Under the pieces are notes generated by a model that was given only the letters and a program-made list of their open reading frames with translations, was not told where the DNA came from and ran no database searches. From Mobula hypostoma (lineage: Eukaryota), in NCBI RefSeq assembly GCF_963921235.1, contig NC_086097.1:213158001-213222000 (forward strand): a stretch of 64,000 nt of DNA, written 5' to 3'. Positions 51,431 through 63,500 of the stretch are shown piece after piece (within the stretch, counting starts at the first letter, position 1; every line of letters begins with the position of its first letter). The position numbers were made by a program, and so were the translations under genes.

Positions 51431-52770
51431 TGTGTCCTGACTGAAACATCATTGGGATTTACAGACGGACCTTCAAACTTCATTTTCAACAATAACAAAA
51501 AAAACCACAATAAGCCACTTACCTAATATCGGAATCTGGAATCAGACTTCCACTTTGTAAACTACAAGTGTAGAGGTGTTTAAATGGAAGGCGCATTAAT
51601 GTAAAATTCAGGTTTATATTTTGAAACTATGAGATCCGGGTACCGCTCGCCACGTAAATTTTTGCTATCCACACCACCACCCCTACTACCGAGACATGCC
51701 AGGTTGTGTTAACTCTTCCAATATTTCCAAGGGTTAAAGCTTAAATGCTCCCTAGGCAGGCAAGAAAGGATGCGAATAAATATTATTTTCTGCCTGTTTC
51801 AGGATCTTTAATTGGTCGAATTACAATCGTTCGTAGAATGGATACAATTAATTGACACCGTCAGGGTGCAACTGCAGATTTGCTCTTTGACCTTCAGGCT
51901 AGAATTTTGCAGCGATACAAGCAAAGATTTAGTACCATTCTCTCGTAAGTATAAATGTTGCCCCGAGCACTGAAACTTTAGTTAAGGAACAAATAATATT
52001 TAATAGTTATTCTTTTAAGATTACTTTCGAATTACAGTGAATAGCATAAGTTTATAACAATTATAGAAGCATTTCGCTTCTCCCTTACCTTCCGACGACT
52101 TCTTCGATCGTGCAAGACCTTCGGTGGATAGTTTCAATCTCGCAGAAGGAAGTCAGATAACCGCACTGCCGACCCGAAATACACAGAGCTCAGTTCTTTC
52201 TACAAAGTTATATTTACTGCCAAGAACAGGAGATCCCAGCATATATGTGACAGGTACTTTGAAATTTATTCAAATCCTCTTACTTACCAGCTCAAGTCCA
52301 ACTGCTTAGACTGTGGGAGGTGTTACATTCTGTTTATGGTCTGTGTGATGAACTCAGACCTCAAAAGGCAGGAAAGAATATATACCTCAGTACTTCAAAC
52401 GAAACCAGAGGACCCTGCTGTAGTTCCTTTGTGGTGTGTAAATGACTGACCATTAATTAGTCCTACCATTAGCCACTCAGATAATGTAGAAACAAATTTT
52501 ATGACATCAGCTGTGCTTTAGAATACACCCCTTACCAGTTCACAGATAAACAGGTACAATTTGTCTTACTTTTATCTATTAAAATAGTTGTTTGACTTCT
52601 CCTGCCTCCACTACGCTCAACTCCGATGGCACTGATGGAAATCCCATGGGCATCATTGCCATTCAGTTTGTCACTATCTAACCTGCTGCCTATCAATCCA
52701 CTTGTTAGCACAAGACACCAGGCCAAACATCTGATGGTCAGTCAGACTTTACATCCCTCTCCACTCTCCC

Positions 52771-53050
52771 TGGTATCGTGGTTAGCACAATACTTTACAA
52801 TACCAGTGACACAGGTTCAATTCCCACAGCTGCCTGTACAGAGTTTGTACGTCCTCCCCGTGACTGTGTGGGATTCCTCTGGGTGCTCCGGTTTCCTCCC
52901 ACAGCCCAACAACGTACTGGTTGGTTGGTTAATTAGGCATTGTATTGTTTTCTCATAATTGGGCTAGGGTTAAATCAGAGGTTGCTGGATGTCATGAATC
53001 AAAGATCTTGGAGGGCCTTTTCCATGCTATATCTCAATAAATAAATAAAA
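52771..53050 (+). mobile_element. V-SINE (HE1-like, tRNA-derived)
   Basis: A-box-like tggttagc, B-box ggttcaattccc, V-core gtttgtacgtcctccccgtgactgtgtggg...gggtgctccggtttcctcccac, and (aaat)n tail. Confidence 0.85.
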
Positions 53051-53099
53051 ATGAATTAATAAACCTTTGAGACTTATATCTTGCTCCGTCAGCCTGATA

Positions 53100-54130
53100 A
53101 ACCGACAAACACCTAATTTTGCTTCCTGGCTGTCACATTGACTGCTGTTTCTCACAGCTCTCATCTCATGTACTGATCCCCTCTCAGTGAAATCCACCAT
53201 CATTATGCCCTCTCCAAAAGAAAACACTTGACCTTTCCATCATTGTAGACTACCACTGTACTTCCAACTTCCATTTCCAAACCAAGGTCTTTAGACATCG
53301 GAATCCTTCCTTCAAGAACACAATGTGCTGATGACACCCAGCTTTGTCTCACCTTCAAAAACACAAGAGATTCTGCAAAGCAAACACCCACAAAATACTG
53401 GAGGAACTCAGCAGGATGGGCTGCATCTATGGAGAGGAATAAAGAGCCGACACTTTGGGCTGAGACCCTTCGTCAGGTTATTCAAAAGGTATTGCTTTTG
53501 AAATGAACATAGGACAGATGAAGTGTCTTTGGCCTGAAATATTAACTCTGTTTCTCTTTCTGTAGATACTGCTTTGCTGATTGCAGGTTTCCTGCTTTCT
53601 GTTTTCGGATTTCCCATTTTTAATTCCTGCTTTTTATTTTCAGACTTCCAGCATCCACACTTTATTTTACCGTCATTTCTTTGGTCCTCTTCAGAAACTC
53701 TGTTTCCCATCCACCAACTGCTGAATATCTGAAATTGTACTCACCTACTCACAACTTTGGTGTTACATTTGACCACAAGTTGAGTTTAGAGCTCATATCT
53801 GTGCCATCTCTAAGATATGCTTATTCCATCTACATAAAATAACCCAGCTGCTTCCCTTCATGAGCCCTACTGCACTCAAGACTTTATCAAGCACTTGGTA
53901 TCTCCAGCCTTAATAACTTTAATTTCTGTTTTCCCCTTGGGAGTATGCTGCCTATTTCCTAGCCTGGCATTGCCATGCACATTGACCTGTAGTAGTTCCA
54001 GCTAATCAAGACATCAATATTGACATTTTCACTCATGCTTTCAGATATCTTCATGCCTTTGTTTTACACTTCATTTCTCCAATCCTACAATCGACACATC
54101 TATACTCCTCCAGGTCTAGCCTTTTGCACA
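53100..54130 (+). mobile_element. Ancient L2 remnant interrupted by PLE termini (53358-53660)
   Basis: tgtgctgatgacacccagctttgtctc (xADDTQL), ttggtgttacatttgaccac (GVTFD), tccagccttaataactttaat (SRLDYxN-like). Confidence 0.55.
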
Positions 54131-54409
54131 TCCTCAAAACCCACAAGAACATAAAGAAAATATGAACAGGAGTAGCGGACCTGGGCCTCAAAGCCTGGCT
54201 GCCATTCAACATGACCATCAGGGCCTCAACTCTTCTGTGCCATTTCCCTGTAGCCCCGAATTTCTCAATTTTTCACCAATCCATCTAGTATTCACTGCCA
54301 ACAGCTTTCCAACTCTCTCTCCTCCAAACTTTTATTTTAAATCCTTGCCCTTTGATCACGTCTTTGGTCCTTTACACAGATCTCGCTGGGACCTGAAGAC
54401 CTGCATTAT

Positions 54410-54795
54410 ACAGAAAGGTTTAATAGGTTGAGTAGATTTTATTCCCTGAACTGCTGTAGGATGAGGTGAGACCTTAGAGGTATACAAAGTTATGAGGATG
54501 GATGCATGCAGGCTTTTCCTCTCAGACTGGGTGAGACTAGAACTAGAGGCCATAGGTTTAGGGTGAAAAGTGAAATATTTAAGGGAAAACTGAGGAGGAA
54601 GTGCTTCATGGAAGGAGCTGCAAGTGGAAGTGGTAGATATGGGTTCAATTGTAACATTTAAGAGTAGTTTGAATAGGTATATAGATGACAGAGGTATGGA
54701 GGGCTATGGTCTGGGAGTGGGTAGATGGGAGTAGACAGAAAACTAGGCCAGCTTGGACTAGATGTGTTGAAAGACATGTTTCTATGCTCTATGAA
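54410..54795 (+). mobile_element. CR1 3' end
   Basis: gaggtatacaaagttatgagg...aactagaggccataggtttagggtg and tail tgtttctatgctctatga. Confidence 0.75.
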
Positions 54796-57455
54796 AAGCC
54801 AGAAGGGCCTACTCCACAATGTATCTGAATAAATTAACAACTTCGTCTGTCCTACTATCTCTTTCTGAGGCATTACATCTAGTTCATTTGCTTGATGAAT
54901 CTCTGAAAGCACTGGTGGATTGTGCTAATATGCCAAAGCAGCTTTGAAATGGAAAATGTTTGTTATAACTATAGAAAATAACTTTTAGCTGAGGGAATGA
55001 AAATATTAAATGGAACTTTGCAACTTTCATAATACTTTGGATCTGAATTCTATAATTGTCCAGTATGTGAGGGATATAAGTAAGTGGTTTTATTGTCTTT
55101 TTTGAGTAATTTATTTAAATTTTATTCCTTACTGTTTTAAAAGCTGTTTCCACAATTGCAAAATGCATCTACGATTGTCGATAAGGGAATAGAGCAACTG
55201 CTACTTTATTGTATGGAGAATGTATCTGGACTTTATATGGACTGATGTATGGCCCTGGGCATTACTGAACTGCTGAATGGAATCTGAAATGTGGCAATAA
55301 GACCGCTGATGAATGGTGAATTATTTGATCTGCTTTCCTTACAAGAATATCGGGAAGGGGTTGGTTGGGGATAGGTGTGGTCTGCGATTTGGAGAATTGT
55401 GGGAATCCAGCCTGGACAACTCAGACAGAAAGATGAGGACTGGCTTTGGATTCCTGATGCCTGTTGACTGAGAAGGAACATGAAAGGAAAATGAGAAGGA
55501 AGATGAAAGGCTTGGTCTTGACAGGAGAGAAAGTGACAGCAATGGATTGTGGTTGTTTAAAGGGTTTGGATTAACATTGAATTTGAGCCTTGAAATTTTA
55601 ATGAAACTTTATTTAAAAGTTGCTGCCTTGTCCATCTAGTAGTGTGATCACTCAACTCAAGTAAGTTGTTCTCCTAAAGGGTTGGTCTTCAGATGGCTGT
55701 AGAGGCATCCACAAATTCTTGTGCAGTGTGGACACAAGTAAATGGTAGCTATGGTTAGTAGTTGGGTCTTTTGGTTGTTCATTTGCTCTTTTCACAGCTG
55801 CTGCTTGTTCTCTGAGGCACGACGGAGCTCGCTGTCATGTAGCGCAGCTCCATCTTGAACGGATTTCCTCCAGGTGCATCTATTAAGTGCAATGTCTTCC
55901 CAGTTTTTAGATGTAATGTTGAATTTCTTCAGATTAAATTTGATATAATCTTCGAAGCAGTTTCCTTGCCTCCAGGGTCTTGCTGAACTTCGTTCTACTG
56001 GGAGTAAAGGATCTGTTTGGAGTGACATGAGTTCGGCATCCAAATGACATGACCTAACCATCAGAGTTGGTGTTACTTTATCATAGCGGAAATGCTGTTC
56101 ATGTTGGCCTTCCCCTATACACTGTTGTGTCTCTCCTTCCAGCTAACCCTCAACATCTTTTGCAAGGTTTTTTGGTGGTATTGTGCCAGGGCCTTCAGGT
56201 GTCTCCTGTAGGTGGTCCATGATTCAGCTCCATACAGTAATGTAGGAAGGACAACTACTCTAGAGAATAAAAGTTTTGTTTGGACCTGTAGGTCATGGTC
56301 TTCAGAGACTCTTTTCCTTAATCTTGCATAGGCTGCACTAGCACTACTGAGTCGATGGTTGATCTGTAAGTCTTTGTCTGCTTTTGAGGAGAGAATGCTG
56401 CCAAGGCAGGGAAAGTAGCCTACATTTTCAGGAGGGATATCATCAACTTGTATGGAGGGCTGGATAATTGGCTGGTTGGGCAGTGGCAGATGAGGGATCT
56501 GGGTCTTGTTTTATGTTCAGGCAAGACCCAGGGCTCTATATGCCTCAGCAAAGACATTCAGGATGCAAGGGAAGTCTTCTTCAGAGTCTGCTGTGATGGT
56601 ATTGTCATCTGCATACTGAAGCTCCATGACAGCAGTGGTTCTTGACCTTGAACCAGCTGAGGTTGAAAAGCCTGTTGTCCATTCTATACATGATTGGGAT
56701 TCCTTGTGGTAGGTCTTGGCCACTGAGGTGAAGGATGGCAGCAGTAAAGATGGCAAACATCTTTAATTTCTACCTTGACAGTGAAGGAGGTCTAATTCAG
56801 CACCTCTGTTGCTGCGTAACATGGCTGACATGCCGTCATGCAGCCTTAGTACTGGTAAATACTTGTCAGAACAGCCATATATTGACAAGTACTGTCCTCA
56901 TATGCCAGAGAGCTTGGCAGTCTACTGTATCAAATGCCTTTGTCAAATCTATGAAAGCCAATTAGAAAGGTTGCCTTTGTTCGCAGCATTTTTCCTATCG
57001 TTGGCATGCTGTGAAGATCATGCCTGTGCTACCTCTAGATGGACAGAATCCACACTGTGATTCAACGAGTTCTTCCTCAGAGCGCAGAAGGAGTTGACTG
57101 ACAAGCAAACATGCAAGCACTCTGCCTGGAGTTGCCTTCAGGAGCAAGACATGTATCTGGTGCGGGAAGGCTGGTCCACTTTCCTTAAGAACCTCTGCTG
57201 GAATCCTGTCAGGACCAGTAGCTTTATTGATTCTCAGGCTCCTGATGGCATCATGAACCTATTTCATACTGGGATGTTTCCCTATGTCTTCTCTCACAGC
57301 TCTCTGGAGGATTTGATAAGTAACCTCTGGTTCAGCTGTGCTGTTGTGGTTAAGAAACTCCTGAAAGTGCTCTCTCCATCAATCGTTCATATCCTTCCAA
57401 TTCTTTAGAAAGTTCTTTCCACCCTTTGAGTGCAGGGGGTTTAATCCAAAGTAAC

Positions 57456-57980
57456 TGTTAAGGATCCAGCCTGAACATTGGGTCCAAGGGCCTCTGCTGG
57501 TAGCTCTGGATCACAACAGTCTTTAATTTCTGTTTTCTTTCACCTGGCCATGTGGGTTTTGGCCCAGCCCCTTTCCTTTTTGGACCTCCTCCAATTACCT
57601 GCTTGTGTCCTCATTTGCACCCACCTGTTTCTAATTTTCACTCATTACTCTGTCCATTTAAACCCTGCCTTGAGTAGTGTTCTCTGCTATTTTGTCCCAG
57701 TTCTGACCTGTGTTGTTCTAGCCTGTCATTGTGACTTCTGCCAATTGATTTTGCCTGATTCTGTGTTTTGGATTTTTTCTGTTCTTGGACCTGATTTTTG
57801 CCTGTGCGCTCTGGTTTGTCTGCCCTCCACTGATTGCCTTTCCCGGTTAAGACCTCTGCCTGCCATTTCAGATTTGTGCCTGCCTTCTGTTTTTGAAAGA
57901 CTGTTGCCTTTGTGCTCCCTAATAAATCCTGGTGAAAAAGTATTCATTGGTCTGCACTTAAGTCCCACCGAAACCTGACA
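57456..57980 (+). mobile_element. Solo LTR (Gypsy-like) inserted in the RTE
   Basis: TGTTA...TGACA termini, perfect 5-bp TSD gtaac (57451-57455 and 57981-57985), AATAAA near 57920. RTE sequence continues across it. Confidence 0.9.
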
Positions 57981-58045
57981 GTAACTTGGATCATAGACTA
58001 CTTTGATGGCACAGAAGTAGCCTCATGTGACACCAGAGTCTGCCA

Positions 58046-58216
58046 ATATGAGGAAATCTGCAGATGCTGGAATTTCAAGCAACACACCTAAAAATAGGCA
58101 GCATCTCTAGGAAGAGGTACAGTTGATGTTTTGGGCCGAGACCCTTTGTCAGGACTAACTGAAAGAAGAGATGGTAAGAGATTTGAAAGTGGGAGGGGGA
58201 GGGGGAGATCTGAAAT
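58046..58216 (-). mobile_element. PLE terminal fragment
   Basis: Homologous to 28679-28870. TSD agtctgcca at 58037-58045 and 58217-58225. Confidence 0.85.
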
Positions 58217-58982
58217 AGTCTGCCACTGTCTGGAATATCAGGCCTTTCTCAGTCCACAAAGAATTCTTTAGCTCTCTCACCCTGTGCAGGACAGATACTG
58301 TACCTTGGCTCTGTAGCAAGCTTCCCTTTTGGCCTTGCTGCCAATATCGTTCTACCAGGCACAGAAGGCTTTCTTTTTCTAAAAGATAAGTTGTTATACC
58401 TCCATGTCGTTATCATCAAACCAATCCTGATGTTTTCTGGATGTGTACCCAAGGATGTTTTTGCAGGTATTGGGGTGGTAGATTTAAGCAGACCCTAGAG
58501 TTCTTCAATAACCTCAGGATATTCCTGCTTTGCCTAAAAGAGGCTATTGAGTGGGATCCAAACAAGATCCCAAAGTAGGAGCTGGCGGAAGACGATGACA
58601 CATTCCAACATCAGTGAAGGCGGAGCAGCTGCAACCAGATTTAGGATTCACTCTGCTCACCCCACTCAGAAGGGGCAGGAAAAGGTGACCTAAAAATAGC
58701 CTGCCTGGAAACTTCCTGGCTGGATTATCACATCCACTGGGATCACCATATGCCATTGGAAATAAAGAAACATGACCTTTGGAGCCTGGAGTGTGTGCAC
58801 TCTCATTGGTAGTGCAACCTGTGATTGACCAGAGAGAAAAAATTGCAATTATCACCAGAAAACTGAGATGTCAGATTGACCTAGTTGCTTTTTCTGAAAC
58901 CCACCTGGCAGATGAAGAGTAACTAATGGAGCAGACGAAGAGCAATTAATGGAAAGGAAAGACAACTGATAGGATCCATAGT

Positions 58983-59115
58983 CACAAACAAGAGAATATC
59001 TGCAGATGCTGGAAATCTGTCCTGCCAAAGGGTTTCAGCCCAAAAAGTCAAACGTACGCTATTCCTAGATGCTGCCTGGCCTGCTGAGTTCCTCCAGTAT
59101 TTTGTTTGTGTTGCC
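58983..59115. mobile_element. Short inverted PLE-terminus insertion in the RTE endonuclease
   Basis: Minus-strand terminal piece joined to a plus-strand piece. TSD aggat(c/t)catagt at 58971-58982 and 59116-59127. Confidence 0.8.
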
Positions 59116-59904
59116 AGGATTCATAGTGTTGGTTTTTCAATCCTGTGGGGAGCAGTGAATGTCTCGTTATTATCCATTTGGTACTTGCCAATAACAAGAT
59201 GTCAACTGTCGTGAGTGCTTACCATATCTGGACTTAGGTGAGTATGAAAAGGGGACCTTCTGCACTTGTCTAGATGTGACACTGAGCATCCTCAAGGAGG
59301 TTAAGATAATTCTCTCAGGGGACTTCAGTGCCAGGGTTGGTTGGGACTTCAACCTTTGGAAGAGTGCCATAGGAAAGGAAGGCATTGGCAACACCAACTC
59401 AAATGGATTACTACTCACCATTTGTGCTGAGCACAATCCTATCATGAACAGTCTCTCTTGCAAGAAAAACACATTCAAGGCATCTTGGCAGCATCCCTGA
59501 GCAGTGGCATCTTATTGACTATGTCATTGTCCGAGCTAGGGACAGCCATAACGTGACTATCACAAGGGCCATGATTTGCAGAGATGACTGCTGGACAGAT
59601 TATCACCTGATCAGTTTTACCAAGTCCATCAGACTCATGAAAAAAAGTGTGTTTATCAGAAGTAAGCCAGCCAAGACACTGCTTGTTCATGTACCTTGTA
59701 TGTGCATTTTCTGCAAATGTGCAATTGCTCCAGCATTACTTCATATCCTGATTCAGCTCTTAAGATGCACTTGGCCACACCATTCTGTGAAGTCCACATG
59801 AAGGCTTGTTTTGATGTTATGTAGTGATTAAAATATGGTGCATTGATAGGCTGCGAGTTCCACTGAAACAAGACAATGATCATGAGAATATTCATGAGAA
59901 TATT

Positions 59905-60130
59905 CACAAACAAAAGAAAATCTACAGATGCTAGAGATCCAAGCAACGCACACAAAATGCTGGATGATCTCAGCAGGCCAGGCAGCATCTATGGAAAAGA
60001 GTAAACAGTCAATGTTTGGGGCTGAGACCCTTCTCATAGTCATAGTCATACTTTATTGATCCCGAGGGAAATTGGTTTTCGTTACAGTTGCACCATAAAT
60101 AATTAGTAATAAAATCATAAATCTCTTCAG
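59905..60130 (-). mobile_element. PLE terminus interrupted by a Rex1 3' tail (60035-60122)
   Basis: cacaaacaaaagaaaatctacagatgct...gagacccttct, then the (catagt)n tail, then ctcttcagg. Confidence 0.75.
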
Positions 60131-61030
60131 GGAAGAGAATGTTCACTTCATCGTCACAGGTGGTCAGGGAAGTGTTAGTCCTTTTGATTCATGTTAAACT
60201 TCACATGGAAAATGCAAGGTACGTCTTGAATGAAATTTGTCACTCCATGCATTCAAGAAACTCATAACACTGAGAAATATACTCTATATGCCTAACGGTT
60301 TTTCTTCAAAGAGAAGGAGATAAGGTCCCCATTCATGATTAGCTAGTGCCAATAATGTTTCTAATGCTAAAAAGAGCTGCAAGCTGTGCTATATGGTGGA
60401 AATCAGAGAATGCATGGAATGATACAAATGTTAATATGTGTCAGTAATCTTCACTTCTGAAGACATGAGTTTGTGGTCAGAACTCTGCTTGCAGGAGGTT
60501 GCAGTTATTTCTGCAAGACATATCCTCCCAGATGCATTATGTTTGGGAGATCTACAGCTGCAAATGTGGCCTCCCTCTATACTGTTGGGATTAAAATCTG
60601 TTGATTAAAATCTGCTATGTCTATGTTGTCTGCTGCCTTTCTTTTGTAATTCCTGCTTGAGAACTCTGCCCAGCAATACAGCCATGATTATGCAAATTAC
60701 TGGATAAATTCGTTTAGTCTACAACAAAAATTGTTTATCCAGAGTTCTGCCATGCAATCTCAGACTGCTGTCAGCACAACTCTGTTTACCAGAGTTCAAA
60801 GAATTTTAGAGAGTCGCAGCAATCTTCCAACAGATTATTAACATTTCTGAGGCACTGTATCAGGAGACTGGTATCAGTTCCATGGAGCACAAGTCTCATT
60901 AAGGATAGCATCATTTAGTGACAAGATCTCTAATAGAAGTTACAAAGACCAAGGAGTTATAGAAACTTGTGTAATCCTGCATTGGCACACAATCTCACAG
61001 TTTTGAGGTACATTAATGTTCACCTGGTGT

Positions 61031-61320
61031 TGGGTGCCACGGTAGTGTAGCAGTTAACACAATGCTTTACAGCTGAGGGCTTTGCAGAGTCGGGAGTTCA
61101 TTTCCAGTGCCATTCTGTATGGAATCTCTGTACTACTGAAAGTGTGGGTTTTCTCTGAGTTCTCCGGTTTCACCCACAGACCAAAGACATATTGGTAGGT
61201 TAACTGGATATTGTAAGTTGTCCCATTGTTAGGGTAAAGTTAATCAAAGTTGTGGGGTTGCTGGGGTTGTGTGACATGAAGGGCCAGAAGGGCAGTGTCT
61301 CACTAAATAAAGTAAATAAT
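61031..61320 (+). mobile_element. V-SINE (HE1-like)
   Basis: gccacggtagtgtagcagttaacac head, gtgtgggttttctctgagttctccggtttc core, A-rich tail. Confidence 0.78.
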
Positions 61321-62064
61321 TAAACTAAAGTGAGATAAGTAGACATAAGAAGACATATCGATGTACTCTAATAAGACTGAGGATTGCGGAATCAGAATGA
61401 ACAGCACAGCAGTCTCACTGTAATGTCTGAACCTGACTATAAAATAGTGTTTCTCACCAGCCAGCCACACCACACCACAGCACAGATGAAATAAGGTTAC
61501 AAACGAGGAGGGCAACCATCTCAGAGGAGGTGGTTCTCAGAACAACCACCAAAAAGTCTTGCTTCGTAGAAGCAGTAGTAGAGATGGCAGAGGATGCACC
61601 ACAAACCCTGAAAAATGGAAATACCTCAGCTCAGCAAAAATGACCTAGGAGTATGACAACTCAACTTGCAAGGGCCACTGCTTATATGTAAGCATCTGGA
61701 AGGCACAGAGACTGGTCTACTGTTTTCAACGTTTGTTTCTTTCTTATTGATTTTATTTCAGTATTTGAAAAGGGGTGTAATATCTTTACCATATATAGTA
61801 TTGAATGAGAATAATCATTAGTCTAATGGCTGTACCCCTTTCTTATTGTATTATGTGACAAACTATTCTCTGTTTAATGTTGCAACTTTTCCAGTAAGAG
61901 AATGCTCAAGAGACTGACCACATGTATCAAAGAAAGCCACAGTAAGAAATCCTGTCCTGACAGCATAACTTTTTAAATTAATTTGTTGTTGATATTATAG
62001 ACTAATTTCTGGTATCTTTGTGAGAGATACTGAAGCATGGTACCAAAATGTTCGTTAATGAAAT

Positions 62065-63135
62065 TATAAAGACCATAAGGCATAGGAGCAGAATTGGGCC
62101 ATTCGGCCCATCGAATTAGCGCCACCATTCCATCATGGCTGATTTATTATCCCTCTCAACCCCATTCTCCTGCCTTCACCCCATAACCTTTGATGCCCTT
62201 ACCAATCAGGAACCCATCAACTCCCAATTTAAATATATACAATGACTTGGCCTCCATGCAGTAGGTTAAAGAGATTCCTCCTCATCTCTGTTCTAAAGGG
62301 ACGTCCTTCTATTCTGAGGCTGTGCTCTCTGGTACTAGACTGCCCCATTATAAGAAGCATCTTCTTCACATCCACTCGTCTAGGCTTATAAATATTCAAT
62401 AGGTTTCAATGAGACCCTCCCCCTCCCCGGTCCTTCTAAAGTCCAGCGAGTACAGGCCCAGAGCCATCATACACTCATGCATTACCCCTTTCATTCTCGG
62501 GATCACTATTTTGAAACACCTCTGGACCCTCTCCAATGCCAGCACATACTTACTCAAAAAGGGGGCCCAAAATAGGTAATGAACCAGATTTGATTAGGGA
62601 TGTTAAGGTAAAGGAACACTTACGAGGCAGCGATCATACCGTAATATGATAGAATTCACCTTCCAGTTTGAGAGGAAGAGAATAAAGTCAGATATATCAG
62701 TATTACAGTGGAGTAAAGGGAATTATAGAGGCATGAGAGATGAGCTGGTCAAAATTGATTGGAAGGGGATGACGGCAGAACAGCAAAGACTGGAGTTTCT
62801 GTGGGCAGTTTAGAAGGCACAGGATAGATATATTTCAAAGTTTAGAAGGCACAGGATAGATATATTTCAAAGCTTAGAAGGCACAGGATGGATATATGTA
62901 AAAGTTTAGAAAGCACAGGATAGATACATTTCAAAGGTGAAAAGTATTCTGGGGGAGGATGAGGCACTGTGGCTGACAATGGAAGTCAAAAACAGCATAA
63001 GATCAAAAGAGAGGGCATATAATATAGCAACAATTACTGAGAAGTTAGAGAATTGGGAGGCTTTTAAAAACCATCAGAAGGCAACTAAAAACCCATAAGG
63101 AGATAAAAGATGAAATATGAAGGAAAACCAACCAA
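62065..63135. mobile_element. Two abutting CR1 pieces (minus 3' end 62065-62575; plus APE/linker 62575-63135)
   Basis: Reverse-complement CR1 tail and LYSLDFRR; plus-strand EPDLIRDVKVKE..SDH and KMKYEGK. Confidence 0.8.
62807..62936 (+). repeat. Tandem repeat, 4 x 32 bp
   Basis: Unit agtttagaaggcacaggatagatatatttcaa starts at 62807, 62839, 62871 and 62903, with few substitutions. Confidence 0.95.
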
Positions 63136-63500
63136 TTATCTCCTCAAACCCAATCTCAGAAGGAGCATGCAGGATAAACAGCTAAGACAAATAGAGGGCT
63201 CTTCAGATAAGGAGGTTTACTGCTTCACTCCTGGACAAACAGACCTGGTGAGGGGCTACAGAGGTGATCAAATGTGGGCACTTGGAAAGATTAACAACAG
63301 AATTTGGACCATTCTATGCAGTGATAACATCTGCAGATTACACATCAATCAGTTGTAGAGACCAGATTCAATTGTTAGAGAAGAAAGGTGGCCAGAGTTG
63401 TCAGAACCATTTCCTGCAGTCGCAGAGTCAACTCCTACAACCACGATCGGGGAGGCCCCAAAACCTGCTATTGTTTCACAGCCACAAGTCTCACCTACCA
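63135..63500 (+). mobile_element. Gypsy integrase C-terminal remnant
   Basis: FTPGQTDLVRGYRGDQMW...RLHINQL resembles the tail of the Gypsy at 22550-22700 (HDYREDKW...RRHMDQI). Confidence 0.6.

Larger units (their letters stand above)
55650..59690 (-). mobile_element. Decayed RTE-clade LINE with inverted 5' portion
   Basis: Minus strand 58470-55650: HQDWFDDND, AFIDLTNAFDTVD, ELQYADD, C-terminal LYSHLKT. Plus strand 58490-59690: 5'UTR and APE (GDFSARVG, NSNGLLLTIC, DCWTDYHLI). Confidence 0.82.

Noticed and set aside
51095..51526. Overlapping 72-143-aa ORFs around CA8 exon 1 as separate genes
   Set aside because: Expected by-product of a GC-rich, stop-poor region; no recognisable domain.
52771..52850. 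tRNA gene (A/B boxes), also at 61031
   Set aside because: No complete cloverleaf; continues directly into a V-SINE core and tail.
57478..57978. 166-aa Cys/Leu-rich ORF
   Set aside because: Lies entirely within a TG...CA solo LTR with a 5-bp TSD; the composition reflects T/C-rich LTR sequence.
62807..62936. 32-bp repeats as a CRISPR-like array
   Set aside because: Units are contiguous with no spacers, derive from CR1 sequence, and lie in a vertebrate locus with no cas genes.
62065..63135. Twin-priming inversion of one CR1
   Set aside because: The two pieces are more than 1 kb apart on the CR1 map and no TSD was found; two independent fragments explain it equally well.
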